From an uncultured Bryobacterales bacterium (GTDB lineage Bacteria; Acidobacteriota; Terriglobia; Bryobacterales; UBA6623): 64,000 bases of DNA. Location of the stretch: NCBI GenBank assembly GCA_964461235.1, contig CAYWUV010000006.1, forward strand, positions 11,468-75,467, written 5' to 3'. The position numbers were made by a program, and so were the translations under genes. Of the stretch, positions 9,474-22,371 are shown one piece after another. The notes below the pieces were generated by a model. The model ran no database searches. It saw only the letters and a program-made list of their open reading frames with translations, and was not told where the DNA came from. How positions within the stretch are numbered: position 1 is the first letter of the stretch; each line of letters begins with the position of its first letter.

Positions 9474-10955
9474 ATGCAGATGCAATCGCGTTCGGTCCTC
9501 ACGTCACTCCTCGCCCTTTCGATCGGACTCTTTTCCTGCTCGCCGAGCCAGACTGGGGACCCGGAGGCCGATGGCACGGGGCGGCCGAACTTCATCATCG
9601 TCTTCGCGGACGACCAGGGCTACGGCGACTTGGGCGTGTTCGGGGCTACGGACTTCGAGACACCCCGGATCGACCGGATGGCCCGCGAGGGCATGAAGTT
9701 CACTGACTTCTACGCCCAGCCCGTCTGCGGGCCCTCGCGCACTGCCCTGCTGACGGGATGCTATCCAATCCGGGTTGCGGAATTCGGTAACGAGAAGAAC
9801 AACTTTCCGTACGTGCATGGGGAGGAGATCCTGCTGCCCAAGGTGCTGCAGGATCTCGGCTACGCGACCGGAATGGTCGGAAAGGTGGATATCACCAAGC
9901 GTCGTACCGGTTTCAAGCCCGAACTGAACCCGGTCCGCAGGGGCTTCGACTACTGGTTCGGCGTGGTTGGCGCCAACGACAGCGGGCGGGTGCACTGGGT
10001 CTATCGCAACGAGGACCGGATCCAGGAATCCGCTGGTGTGGACGACTTGACGAGGCGTTATACGGACGAGTCCCTGGCGTTCATTCGCAACAATCGGGAC
10101 CGGCCGTTCTTCCTGTACATCGCCCACACCATGGCGCATGTCGTGCTCGGCGTGACGGAGCCCTTCCGCGACAGGTCGGAGCGCGGCCTTTACGGCGATG
10201 TGATCGAGGAACTGGACGCCAGCACTGGGGAGATTCTGGATTTGCTGGCCGAACTCGGACTCGACCAACGCACGATCGTCGTTTATACCTCCGACAACGG
10301 CCCCTGGAGCAATCATTCCCTGCCGCAGTACACAGCGGCGATCACCGAGCATGCCGGCTCATCCGGACCCCTACGAGGTGCGAAAGGCACGACTTGGGAG
10401 GGCGGCATCCGAGTGCCGACGGTCGTGTGGGGCCCCGGCTTCATCCCGGCCGGGTCGGAATCCAGCGAGGTTGCCTCGACGATGGACCTGCTGCCGACCT
10501 TCATCAACCTGGCCGGCGGCGAACTGCCGGCCGACCGCACGATCGACGGGCGGGACATCTCTCCGCTGATGTTCGGTGAGCCAGGCGCGACCAGCCCTCA
10601 CGAGGCGTTCTATTACTATCGCGAGACGCACCTCGACGCGGTCCGAAGCGGCCCGTGGAAGCTGGTATTCCCGCGCCCGGGGCGGGACGACTCGGAATGG
10701 CTGCTCTCCAAGACCGGTGCCTTCCTCGGAGAACTGCTTGAGCCTGTGACCGAACTTGAGCTGTATGACCTCGAAGCGGACATCGGGGAGCAGAACAACG
10801 TCGCCGCCGAGCATCCGGACGTGGTGGAGCGCTTGGAAGCCCTGGCCGACAGGGCTCGAGGGGAGCTGGGCGACTACGACCGGATTGGCAGCGGGGTCCG
10901 TTTCTTCGAGGAAGGGCCCAAATGGCCTCGTCGCCAGCAGTGGATGCAGCAGTAG
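9474..10955 (+). CDS. sulfatase (arylsulfatase family), lipoprotein-type signal
   Basis: 493 aa. FIIVFADDQGYGDLG and PVCGPSRTALLTGCYP give the C-x-P-x-R formylglycine motif. The N-terminal LFSC is a lipobox. Confidence 0.9.
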   Translation: MQMQSRSVLTSLLALSIGLFSCSPSQTGDPEADGTGRPNFIIVFADDQGYGDLGVFGATDFETPRIDRMAREGMKFTDFYAQPVCGPSRTALLTGCYPIRVAEFGNEKNNFPYVHGEEILLPKVLQDLGYATGMVGKVDITKRRTGFKPELNPVRRGFDYWFGVVGANDSGRVHWVYRNEDRIQESAGVDDLTRRYTDESLAFIRNNRDRPFFLYIAHTMAHVVLGVTEPFRDRSERGLYGDVIEELDASTGEILDLLAELGLDQRTIVVYTSDNGPWSNHSLPQYTAAITEHAGSSGPLRGAKGTTWEGGIRVPTVVWGPGFIPAGSESSEVASTMDLLPTFINLAGGELPADRTIDGRDISPLMFGEPGATSPHEAFYYYRETHLDAVRSGPWKLVFPRPGRDDSEWLLSKTGAFLGELLEPVTELELYDLEADIGEQNNVAAEHPDVVERLEALADRARGELGDYDRIGSGVRFFEEGPKWPRRQQWMQQ

Positions 10956-11156
10956 GGGCTGGGTCGGGACTTCATCCAGGCCGATTGGCCGAAAACCAGT
11001 TGGACTCACGGGTGCAATCGCCGGTCTTGGGTGCGTATCGGGCATCTTGTTCGCGTAGTCGTGACAAGCCGAGAGCCCCGCTTCGACACGAGTAGTCCAA
11101 TCAGAGCAACCCCAGTTGAGCAACGTAACCGGCTTCAGCCGGTGGTGACTTGCCGC

Positions 11157-12416
11157 CTAGGTCGCGGAGTCGTCCTTCATCCCGGGTGCCATCCTGCCCC
11201 GTCGGGCGTCCGATTCAACGGGCTGGACGCGAGCTTCCTCCCAGCGTGTTACGACGACAGGCGCCGCGCAGTGGCTCGCGACGTTCACGCTGGTCCGAAT
11301 CGGGTCGATCAGCGCATCGATGCCGAGCAGCACCCCCAGGCCCTCCATCGGCAGACCCTGGCCCTCGAACACTGCCGCAAGGATCACGAAGTTGGCGCGA
11401 GGCACTCCAGCCACGCCCTTGCTGGTCAGCTTCAGAGTGAGCAGTATCATCGCCTGACGCTCCCAGGAAAGCTCGATTCCTGCCGCCTGCGCCACAAAGA
11501 GCGTTCCCATGGCTAGGTGGATAGTGCTGCCGTTCAGGTTCAGGCTGAGGCTCAAGGGGGCGACAACGCCCAGGATGCGGCGCGGCACGCCGTACCGCTG
11601 CAAGTTCTCGAGCGTCTGGGGCAGGGCTGCGGCGCTCGAGGTTGTCGCGAATCCGACGAGGAACGGCTCACGCGCGAAGTGGGCGAACTTGCGCAAGGGG
11701 ACGCGGCACAGTGCCAGGCCGCCAGCAAGCACAATGACTAGGAAGGCACCCTGGACGATCCACGCTATGGCCGTGAACTCTGCAAGGCCTCCTAGGGTCG
11801 CTCCGCCCTCGGCGGCTACGGCGTTCGCCGCAGCCGAGAACACTGCGACCGGAGCTAGGTACATCACGTAGTCGGTGTAGCGGAAGGCCACTTCCGCTAA
11901 AGCGTCGGCAAAGTCCACTACGGGGCGGGCCCGCTCGCCCACCGCCAGGCACGCGATTCCGAAGAGGAAGCAGAAGACGACGATCTGCAGGACATCCCCC
12001 CTGGCCAGGGCATCGACGATGCTCGTGGGCACGGCGTTCTCGAGCGCATCGGCTAGGTCGGCGGTCTCCTGCGACTCCGAGCCCGGCTGGACGGCGAGTG
12101 ACAGACCCTTGCCGGGACCCGTCAGCTCCACGGCAAACCAACCCATGAGCAGGGCTACGGTCGTCGCAGCTTCGAAGCAAGCCGCGGACTTCCATCCCAA
12201 TCGGCCCAGAGCACCGAGGGAGCCGGCGCGGGCAATCGCGCGGATCAGCACTCCGACCAGTACAGGGGCGATGATCGACCGAATCAGCCGAAGGAACAGG
12301 GTGCTGAGGAACTGGATCCGCTCCGCCCAGTCCGGGGAGGCGAGACCGAGGCAGATGCCCGCCGCCATGGCGACCAGGATCCAGGAAGCGAGCGAGAGCT
12401 GGAACAGGCCGCGCAC
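11157..12416 (-). CDS. dicarboxylate/amino acid:cation symporter (DAACS/GltP family)
   Basis: 419 aa, polytopic membrane protein. It shows conserved DAACS stretches (FLRLIRSIIAPVLVGVLI, SSAAALPQT, NLNGSTIHLAMGTLFVAQA). Confidence 0.85.
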   Translation of the reverse strand: MRGLFQLSLASWILVAMAAGICLGLASPDWAERIQFLSTLFLRLIRSIIAPVLVGVLIRAIARAGSLGALGRLGWKSAACFEAATTVALLMGWFAVELTGPGKGLSLAVQPGSESQETADLADALENAVPTSIVDALARGDVLQIVVFCFLFGIACLAVGERARPVVDFADALAEVAFRYTDYVMYLAPVAVFSAAANAVAAEGGATLGGLAEFTAIAWIVQGAFLVIVLAGGLALCRVPLRKFAHFAREPFLVGFATTSSAAALPQTLENLQRYGVPRRILGVVAPLSLSLNLNGSTIHLAMGTLFVAQAAGIELSWERQAMILLTLKLTSKGVAGVPRANFVILAAVFEGQGLPMEGLGVLLGIDALIDPIRTSVNVASHCAAPVVVTRWEEARVQPVESDARRGRMAPGMKDDSAT

Positions 12417-12498
12417 GGAAGGATTGGGGGCGTTCCAGCGTACCAGCCCGACGCTTGGCAGGTTCCTCCGGTTCCCTACCCGGCCGTGGTCGGGAGAG

Positions 12499-13002
12499 CT
12501 ACTGCTCGTCGGCCGAGGGTCCGTACATGCCCGGAATGGCTACGTCGTTGATTCTCAGGTACACGCTCAGTTGCGCCCTGTGGTGAATGATGTGGTTCAG
12601 AACCATCGACTTCAGCACCGTGATTCGAGGCATCGTGAAGATCGGGTTCCCCCGCATTTTCAGAGTCCAGTCGACGCGCATCGCGTCGTCATCCAGCTTT
12701 GCGATCGCCTCCTTCGCTTGGGCGACTTGGCTGTCGAAGAACTCAAGAGTCGCCTCGCGGCTGGATGCTTCGAATGGCTCGAAAGGCCTCCCCTCGGGGG
12801 GCTGGATGTCCAGTTCGACCCGTTCCGCGGTAGGCACCCCCCATCCGGCCATTTCCGCTACATGGCCAGCAAGGCGTCCCATGGACATGGATCTTTCGTG
12901 CGGCTTGTAGTCCAGCGCTTCGTCGGGAACGCATTCCAGCATTCTCCTTGTGTTGCGCATCTCGTGGTCGAATTCGGCAAGGAAGACTTGGGCGATCGTC
13001 AT
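12499..13002 (-). CDS. DinB-family protein
   Basis: ORF 12499..13035, likely start MTIAQVFLAEFDHE at 13002. The four-helix DinB pattern includes LDYKPHERSMSMGRLAGHV and NHIIHHRAQL. Confidence 0.75.
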   Translation of the reverse strand: MTIAQVFLAEFDHEMRNTRRMLECVPDEALDYKPHERSMSMGRLAGHVAEMAGWGVPTAERVELDIQPPEGRPFEPFEASSREATLEFFDSQVAQAKEAIAKLDDDAMRVDWTLKMRGNPIFTMPRITVLKSMVLNHIIHHRAQLSVYLRINDVAIPGMYGPSADEQ

Positions 13003-13103
13003 ACCGGGGATTATAGACCGCAGGCCAGGGACCATCAGCTACGGGGCCTGATCGAGGACCCGACGATTCTGCATCAGCCGCCCGGTCCCCGTTCGGGACG
13101 TGA

Positions 13104-13931
13104 TTATGTACCTGCCCGCTTCCCTGCACGTAGCTGGCGATTCACCTCGAACAGCGCGATTCCCGTCGCGACCGAAACGTTGAGAGACGAGATGCTGCCC
13201 ACCAGCGGAATGCGGACAAGGAAGTCGCATCGCTCCGCCACCTTCGCTCGGAGGCCTCGGCTCTCGCCTCCCATCACGAGCGCGCTCCGACTCGCGTATT
13301 CGACAGCGTCGTAGTCGACTTTGGCCTCTTCATCGAAGCCGTACAGCCAGAAGCCCGATTCCTTCATTTGCTCGAGCGACCGTCCAAGGTTCTTGACCCG
13401 GACTACCGGAAGGGACTCCAGCGCTCCCGCAGCGGCCTTTGCCGTCGCCTCCGTCAGGCTCGCCGACCGTCTCTCCGGTATTACCGCAGCTGCGGCGCCG
13501 GCACCGTCCGCGGTTCGGATGATCGCGCCGAGGTTGTGCGGATCCTGGACCGAGTCAAGCACGACGAGCGTGCATTCCTCGCCCGCGCTTTCGAGGACTC
13601 CGTCGAGTGTTCGGAACGGGCTTGCTGTCGAGAGGGCAACGACGTTCTGGTGGGCACTTGTACCCGCGAGGCGCTGCATGGCCGAGCGCGATTCGAACCG
13701 AACGGGAATTCCGATCCGGCGGCATTCGTCGATTAACGGGAGCAGCCTGGCGTTCCTGGCGCCTTGGGTGACGACAACACTGTCGATTCCCGTGCCGGAC
13801 TCCCCCGCCGAGCGTAGCGCGGCCGAGACCGCGTGAATGCCGACCAATCGCCGCATGGCCTGAGGCTCATGATAGAGCGAAGTCGCTTCAGCGGAGGCGT
13901 TGCGCTCGAAGTCGCTGCTGTCGTGGGTCAA
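13104..13931 (-). CDS. rlmB: 23S rRNA (guanosine-2'-O)-methyltransferase, RlmB/TrmH (SpoU) family
   Basis: VVLDSVQDPHNLGAIIRTADGAGA, LVMGGESRGLR and SLNVSVATGIALFE are the SpoU motifs. The true start may be MRRLVGIHAV at 13856. Confidence 0.8.
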   Translation of the reverse strand: MTHDSSDFERNASAEATSLYHEPQAMRRLVGIHAVSAALRSAGESGTGIDSVVVTQGARNARLLPLIDECRRIGIPVRFESRSAMQRLAGTSAHQNVVALSTASPFRTLDGVLESAGEECTLVVLDSVQDPHNLGAIIRTADGAGAAAAVIPERRSASLTEATAKAAAGALESLPVVRVKNLGRSLEQMKESGFWLYGFDEEAKVDYDAVEYASRSALVMGGESRGLRAKVAERCDFLVRIPLVGSISSLNVSVATGIALFEVNRQLRAGKRAGT

Positions 13932-14031
13932 GTGCGACTGGCATGGGCGTTGATGTCAAGGTGACCATCCGATTTGGGCCGCACCGGCATCACCCGTCTC
14001 CGGCCAAGGGCTGTGAGGCGCCGGGGCCGCG

Positions 14032-15868
14032 TCAAGCAAGGATCTTGTGCAGGAGCTGGTCCTCCACGTCGGTCAGCCGATAGCTCCGTCCGCTGTAGGT
14101 GAAGGTCAGGCGCTCGTGATCCAAGCCGAGCAATTGGAGGATCGTGGCACGGAAATCATGCACCGAAACAGGGTCCACGGCTGCCTTGGAGCCGAGTTCG
14201 TCGGACTCGCCGTACGACACACCCCCCTTGATGCCGCCGCCGGCCATCCAGGCAGTGAAGCAATGCGGATTGTGATCGCGCCCGGGCGTTGAGGTGCCGA
14301 TCTGGGCGACGGGGAGGCGGCCGAACTTGCCTCCCCAGATCAGTCGCCGGAGGTATCAACCTTGAAGACGCTCCTGATCATGATCATGCGGTGCAGCCGC
14401 TTCAGTTGCCAGCCGTTCTGAGTGAGGTCCCGAGCCAGCCAGTCGACTGGTTCCAGGTGGGTCGGACCCGCGCCCATCTTCCCGAAACTGCTTGGCGTAG
14501 TCACGATTCCCGTGCCGAAATGGTAGTGCCAAAGCCGATTGACGATGACCCGCGGCAGCAGCGCCCCCGCACCGGATTCCGGATCTGTCAGCCACTTGGC
14601 CGGGGAGGCCCTGGGAAATCCGCCGCGCTCCCAGCCGAGTGGCGGCTTCCTGACCCAGTCTCCGGGTTCCATGCCCCGGCGGGTCAGGACCGGCAAGACC
14701 TGCCGCTGGGCGGGCTCCGGTTTCAGGTCCACGTCGCCGCGCCGCAGCACGAAGGTCGGCTCGTAGAAGTGCGGATAGCCCCTTCCGTTGGCGTAGTGGC
14801 GTGGCTTGGAGAATCCCTCCGCTGTCGCCTGGACCTTCGTGAAGGAAGGCATTGGAATGCGAGATTCGTGCTCGCGGATCGCCGCACTCGCCTCCATCCC
14901 GCTTTGGAAGCCCCCTTCCCCGACCGCGAACGCGGGTTCGGCAGAGTCCGTCACGGATAGCCGGAGGCACCCCAAGCTGAAATTCGAGTTGTAGCCGAAG
15001 GCCGCCCTCGAAACTCACCGGCTCCTTGAAATCAAAGACGGTCGCATGGTCCGAGCCGATTCCTGCGGGAGGAAGTGCCCACCCGCTTCGGTTGCTGCCG
15101 TCGTCGATGACCAAGGAGGCGGAGGCGTAGCCCGCTTCCAGTTGGCCTGTTGCCCGCGCACTCCCCAACTCGATCTCTACGGGCTCGGCGCGGGGTTCGG
15201 ACCTCGGCTGGGCCTCCGCAGAAACGAGGCCGAGGAGAGACTTGCCGTCGTGCGAGCGGCCAGGGCCGTTGAACGGCAATGACGGGTGCGTCAGGGCCTC
15301 GACCCTGAGGGCTCGAAGGTCCTTCGCGGAGATGTTCGGCGGAGACGGTGTAGGTATCGAAGTTGACGTTGTCTCCGCTGATCAGGATCGAGCCGTCCTC
15401 GAGCTTGTCCGCCTTCGCCTCGCTGACGGACTTGATGTCAACGATGTCCAGGACCTGCCATTCATCGGCGCTGGAACCGGGAGCCCCGTCCCGGAGCCAT
15501 TGGTCGAACGCCTCGCCGCCCAGGTCGCGCTCGATTTGACCGAAGCGCCGAGCTTGCCGCTCGCTCCCAGGGACCCTCGGCGACCTCAGGTCCAGCCCGC
15601 CCAGTACTTGTCCGCTTCCATGACATCCAAGGCAGCTGTCCAGAAACAGCGGCCGGACTTCGTCGCGAAACACCTCTAACCCCTCGGCCATGCGCTCGGC
15701 GTGGTCGTCGCCGACTTGCTCCTCTAGTGCCGAGGTGCCGAGAAACGCGAAGGCCAGCAGGGCGCTGCTCCCAGCATGCCAACGCCTCGCGGACCCAAGG
15801 GTTCCCGTTCGTCCGGCTCTGGATAGACTGCCGGCAAGTTGGCTGGGATCCTCGTGAATCCCTGCCAA
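14032..15868 (-). pseudogene. decayed PSCyt1/DUF1553-type gene fused by deletion to the C-terminal ~105 codons of a DUF1501 gene
   Basis: Recognisable sequence is spread over at least three reading frames. Frame 1 carries the signal peptide plus FRDEVRPLFLDSCLGCHG. Frame 2 carries LPFNGPGRSHDGKSLLGLV. Frame 3 carries RVIVNRLWHYHFGTGIV...WQLKRLHRMIM. At ~14340 this joins directly to LIWGGKFGRLP...GRDHNPHCFTAWMAGGGIKGG...RLTDVEDQLLHKILA, a DUF1501 C-terminus. Confidence 0.8.
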
Positions 15869-16248
15869 CGACTCGGCCTAGGGGCGACCTTCGCCGTCCG
15901 CCGAAGCCTCCAGTTGCCGCACGGCGCCTCCTACGTATAGGCCCCGCTTTTCCCGCCAAGACGGCCCAGCGAACGACACTTTCTTGAATCGTCATTGAAC
16001 CTCGAACTACAGAATGCGCGACCCTTCCGCGTGCCGTACAGGCGCACCTCCAGGTCCTGACTTGGCCCCGAGGGCGGACACCAGGAATTCGAACCAGAGT
16101 TTCCAAGGGTCGGGGGCCATACCCTTTAGGAGGACAGCACGGATACGAAGAAAACACGAATATCTTGCAGGGGATTCGGCGGCCAAGATCGCCCTGACCC
16201 AGGGGTTTCCTATAATGGGATGCCTCCTTCCTCCACCGTTTCCCTCGG

Positions 16249-17421
16249 ATGCTGCGTTTCGTCACAGCCGGCGAGTCTCACGGCGAGACGCTCGTCGCCA
16301 CCCTTTCCGGCATGCCCGCCGGCGTTCCCGTTGATCTGGCCAGGGTCAACCGCGACCTCTGGCGCCGCCAGCAGGGTTACGGGCGTGGCGGTCGGATGAA
16401 GATCGAAAGCGACACGGCGCACGTCGTCTCCGGTGTTCGACACGGCAAGACGATCGGCTCGCCGATCGCGGTCCTGCTCCGGAACCGGGATTGGAGAAAC
16501 TGGACCGAGACACTTCCGGTCGAGGACTACGAGGGGTCCGGAGAGCACTCCAAGCCCGTCAACCGCCCGAGGCCCGGGCACGCCGACCTTGCGGGATGCA
16601 TCAAGTACAACTATCCGGAGGCCCGCTACATCCTAGAGCGTGCCAGCGCCCGGGAGACCGCCGCTCGTGTCGCCATGGGCGGCTTCGCGAAACTCCTGCT
16701 CTCGGAATTCGGCATCGAGATTCTGAGTCACGTTGTCGCGGTGGGCGGAGTGGAGTTGGAGCGTCCCGCCACCTGGGAGGAACTCCAGGATCTGGCGTCG
16801 AAGGACGAGGTGCTTCTCAACTGCGTTGATCCAGAAACGGAGCAGCGGATGAAGGCGGCCGTGGACGAGGCCTATAGCACCGGCGACACCCGTGGCGGAG
16901 TGTTCGAGGTCATTGTCCGGGGCGCTCCGCCCGGGCTCGGATCTCATACAAGCTGGGATTCAAAGCTGGACGGGAGACTGGCCCAGGCGATCGTCTCAAT
17001 GCAGGCGGTAAAGGGCGTGGAGATCGGTTCGGCGTCCCTCGCAGCGGCCTCACCCGGCTCCAAGGTGCAGGACACCATCCACTACAACAAGCGGCTGCGC
17101 GAATTCTATCGTGGCTCCAACAAGGCTGGCGGTCTCGAAGGCGGCATCACTAACGGACAGGATGTTGTCGTGCGCGGGTACCTGAAGCCGATCTCAACGC
17201 TGCGCCGGCCCTTGGAATCGGTTGACCTGCCAACCCGCGAGCCAGCGGTTGCGGCCTACGAGCGCTCCGACGTGGCGGTGGTGCCTGCAGCCGGGGTGAT
17301 CGGAGAGGCGATGGTCGCCCTGACCGTAGCCCAGGCATTCCTCGAGAAATTCGGCGGCGACTCGCTGGGCGAGATCCGCCGCAACTACGACGGATACGCC
17401 GAACAGATCCGGAAGTTCTAG
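16249..17421 (+). CDS. aroC: chorismate synthase
   Basis: 390 aa. MLRFVTAGESHGETLVATLSGMPAG...RPGHADL is the canonical AroC N-terminus. Confidence 0.95.
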   Translation: MLRFVTAGESHGETLVATLSGMPAGVPVDLARVNRDLWRRQQGYGRGGRMKIESDTAHVVSGVRHGKTIGSPIAVLLRNRDWRNWTETLPVEDYEGSGEHSKPVNRPRPGHADLAGCIKYNYPEARYILERASARETAARVAMGGFAKLLLSEFGIEILSHVVAVGGVELERPATWEELQDLASKDEVLLNCVDPETEQRMKAAVDEAYSTGDTRGGVFEVIVRGAPPGLGSHTSWDSKLDGRLAQAIVSMQAVKGVEIGSASLAAASPGSKVQDTIHYNKRLREFYRGSNKAGGLEGGITNGQDVVVRGYLKPISTLRRPLESVDLPTREPAVAAYERSDVAVVPAAGVIGEAMVALTVAQAFLEKFGGDSLGEIRRNYDGYAEQIRKF

Positions 17422-17451
17422 CGCGGAGTTCTTGGCGTTTCTGCGAGCGGG

Positions 17452-18024
17452 ATGGCTGACCGGATGAACGAGTCGAGTGATCGGGAGAGGCTGAAGGGGA
17501 TACTCCAGAGTCACTCGATCAAGCGGGGGGACTTCGTCCTAGCCTCCGGCGAAAAGAGCAACGTATACGTCGATTGCCGCCTGACGACCTTGCGGGGAGA
17601 AGCGATGCCGCTTGTCGGCCGACTGGTTCTGGACAGGATCCGTGGCAGAGGCTGGAATCCGGAGGCTGTCGGGGGGCTGACGATGGGAGCCGACCCTGTC
17701 GCATGCGCGGTCGCCCGCGAATCCCAGGAAACGCCTGACCCGGTCAATGCCTTCGTCGTGCGCAAGGAGGAAAAGGGACACGGCCGTAAGCGTCAGGTTG
17801 AAGGTCTGGCAAGTACGGAAGGCGTGCGATGCGTGGTACTCGACGACGTCTGCACCACCGGCGGTTCGACCGTTCGGGCAGTCCGTCGAGTCAGGGCTGC
17901 CGGCATGGAGGTCCTGGGGGCCTGCTGCATGGTGGATCGCGAGCAGGGAGCCGCCGAGGCTCTCGAGGCCGTGGGATGCTCGCTCGAGGCGCTCTTCACC
18001 ATGCGCGAGCTGCTGGCCGGCTGA
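17452..18024 (+). CDS. pyrE: orotate phosphoribosyltransferase
   Basis: 190 aa. FVLASGEKSNVYVDCR and the PRPP loop VVLDDVCTTGGST are present. Confidence 0.9.
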   Translation: MADRMNESSDRERLKGILQSHSIKRGDFVLASGEKSNVYVDCRLTTLRGEAMPLVGRLVLDRIRGRGWNPEAVGGLTMGADPVACAVARESQETPDPVNAFVVRKEEKGHGRKRQVEGLASTEGVRCVVLDDVCTTGGSTVRAVRRVRAAGMEVLGACCMVDREQGAAEALEAVGCSLEALFTMRELLAG

Positions 18025-18197
18025 GGGCCGGTCCGGATCCGCGCACGTCGAGCCCCGACCGTGTTCTTGATGCAGGTCGGAGGCTCGCAGGCCCCGACGC
18101 CGGGTTCTGCCGCACGCCCTGCTATCATGATGATCCACGAAGGACGGGCGCCCGCCGGGCGGTGCTCGCAGCCCGCCCGGCAGCGCTTTCGAATCGC

Positions 18198-20675
<2,478 letters not shown>

Positions 20676-20853
20676 CTACGCAGGCCCGGCTTAGCGTAAT
20701 CCCTCAACTCAGCCCGCCGCGTGCGGCTTCCACCCGCATAGCGCTGCAATGCGATTTGCCCCAGTCTCCCCGGATAGGGTCCCGCCAAGGGATCGGTGCG
20801 CCGTTGCGGGAACGAGCCGCCGGCGATTCCAGTTGTCGCGGGCCAAGCACGGC

Positions 20854-22371
20854 CTATAGCTCCGGAAAGACGCCTGCCAGCCGGGGGTACAGTTCCTGGA
20901 ACACGGCATACGACCGGGCGTAGGTTTCTGCGAGTGTCCCATCAGGCTCTGTCCGTCGCTCCTCCGCGATCATCGTCCGGCAGGCTTCCTCGACCGAGCC
21001 GACATGACCCGTCCCGGCCATTGCCAGCAGAGCGGCTCCGTACGCGGAGCCCTCTTGCGTCTGCAGGGTCGCGATCGGCTTCTGGAAGACGTTCGCGAGG
21101 ATGCTCCGCCACAGCGAGGACTTCGCCCCTCCGCCTGAAGCCCTCACCGAGGAGACTTCCGCGCCCAGGGACTCGATGATGCCGAGACAGTCGTTCAGGC
21201 TGTAAGCCACCCCTTCGAGGATCGAGCGAACGAGGTGGCCTCGAGTGTGCTTCGCTGTGACCCCAATCCAGCCCCCACGGGCATAGGGGTCGAGGTGAGG
21301 GGTGCGCTCTCCCATGAGGTACGGGAGCCAGATCAGTCCCTCCGCGCCCGGAGGCACGTCCTCCGCCTCGGCGGTCAGCAGGTCGTAGATTTCGACGCCC
21401 TGGTCCTTCGCGGCATCCGCGAGCCCCGTCGCAAGCTGGTTCCGGAACCACTGCAGGCTCAGGCCGGCACCCTGCGTTACCCCCATGATGTGCCACTTGC
21501 CCGGCACCGCGTGGCAGAACGTGTGCACCCTTCCCGCCGGATCGTAGGCTGCCTCGTCCAAGTGCGAGAACACCACTCCCGACGTTCCGATAGTGCAGGA
21601 GACCAGACCGGATTCCACGATTCCGTTGCCGACCGCGCTGGCCGCTTGGTCGCCCGCACCCCCGACGACCGGAGTTCCGGCGGCGAGGCCGGTCTGCCTC
21701 GCGGCCTCCGCCGATACCGAGCCGGTCCGTTCCGGGGATTCCACGACCTCCGGTAGGATCGAGGCGTCGATACCGAGCTTGTCGATCAGAGGTCTCGCCC
21801 AGTGGCGCCCGACAACATCGAACAATGCTGTCCCGGAAGCGTCAGAGACCTCGCTCGCGAACTCGCCAGTCAGCATGAACCGGATGTAGTCCTTGGGCAG
21901 CAGCATCTTCCGGACGCGCTCGTAGCTCGCCGGATCGTGGTCGCGGACCCAGAGCAGCTTCGGGGCTGTGAAGCCCGTTAGCACCGGGTTGGCAGTCTGT
22001 TGGAGTACCATTTCCGGCCCGGCCTCCGTGTTGATCCAGTCGACCTGCTCCTGGCTGCGCTGGTCGCACCAGATGAGGGCAGGCCGAAGGACTTGGCTGT
22101 CGGAGTCCAGCAGGGTCAGGCCGTGCATCTGCCCCGAGAGACCGATGCCGGCAATGTCGCGGCCGCTCACGCCGGCCCGGGCCAAGACGCCTCGTACCGC
22201 CTCGCGGGCCGCGTTCCACCAATTCTCCGGCCGTTGCTCCGCCCAGAGAGGGCGTTCCATCCGAATGTCTTCGTGCGCGGCCGTCACCCCACACGCAACG
22301 CTGCCATCGGCCCGAACGAGAAGGGCGCGGGACCCTCCAGTGCCGATGTCGATTCCCAGCCAGTGACTCAT
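20854..22371 (-). CDS. xylB: xylulokinase (FGGY family)
   Basis: Real start is MSHWLGIDIGTGGSRALL at 22371 inside track ORF 20854..23211. It shows the FGGY kinase pattern. An ATGA start/stop overlap links it to the upstream plsC. Confidence 0.85.
   Translation of the reverse strand: MSHWLGIDIGTGGSRALLVRADGSVACGVTAAHEDIRMERPLWAEQRPENWWNAAREAVRGVLARAGVSGRDIAGIGLSGQMHGLTLLDSDSQVLRPALIWCDQRSQEQVDWINTEAGPEMVLQQTANPVLTGFTAPKLLWVRDHDPASYERVRKMLLPKDYIRFMLTGEFASEVSDASGTALFDVVGRHWARPLIDKLGIDASILPEVVESPERTGSVSAEAARQTGLAAGTPVVGGAGDQAASAVGNGIVESGLVSCTIGTSGVVFSHLDEAAYDPAGRVHTFCHAVPGKWHIMGVTQGAGLSLQWFRNQLATGLADAAKDQGVEIYDLLTAEAEDVPPGAEGLIWLPYLMGERTPHLDPYARGGWIGVTAKHTRGHLVRSILEGVAYSLNDCLGIIESLGAEVSSVRASGGGAKSSLWRSILANVFQKPIATLQTQEGSAYGAALLAMAGTGHVGSVEEACRTMIAEERRTEPDGTLAETYARSYAVFQELYPRLAGVFPEL

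Noticed and set aside
11128-11143. Small hairpin ACCGGC-TTCA-GCCGGT between the convergent sulfatase and symporter genes, considered as a bidirectional terminator.
   Set aside because: The stem is only 6 bp and neither strand has a U-tract. It is too weak to call.
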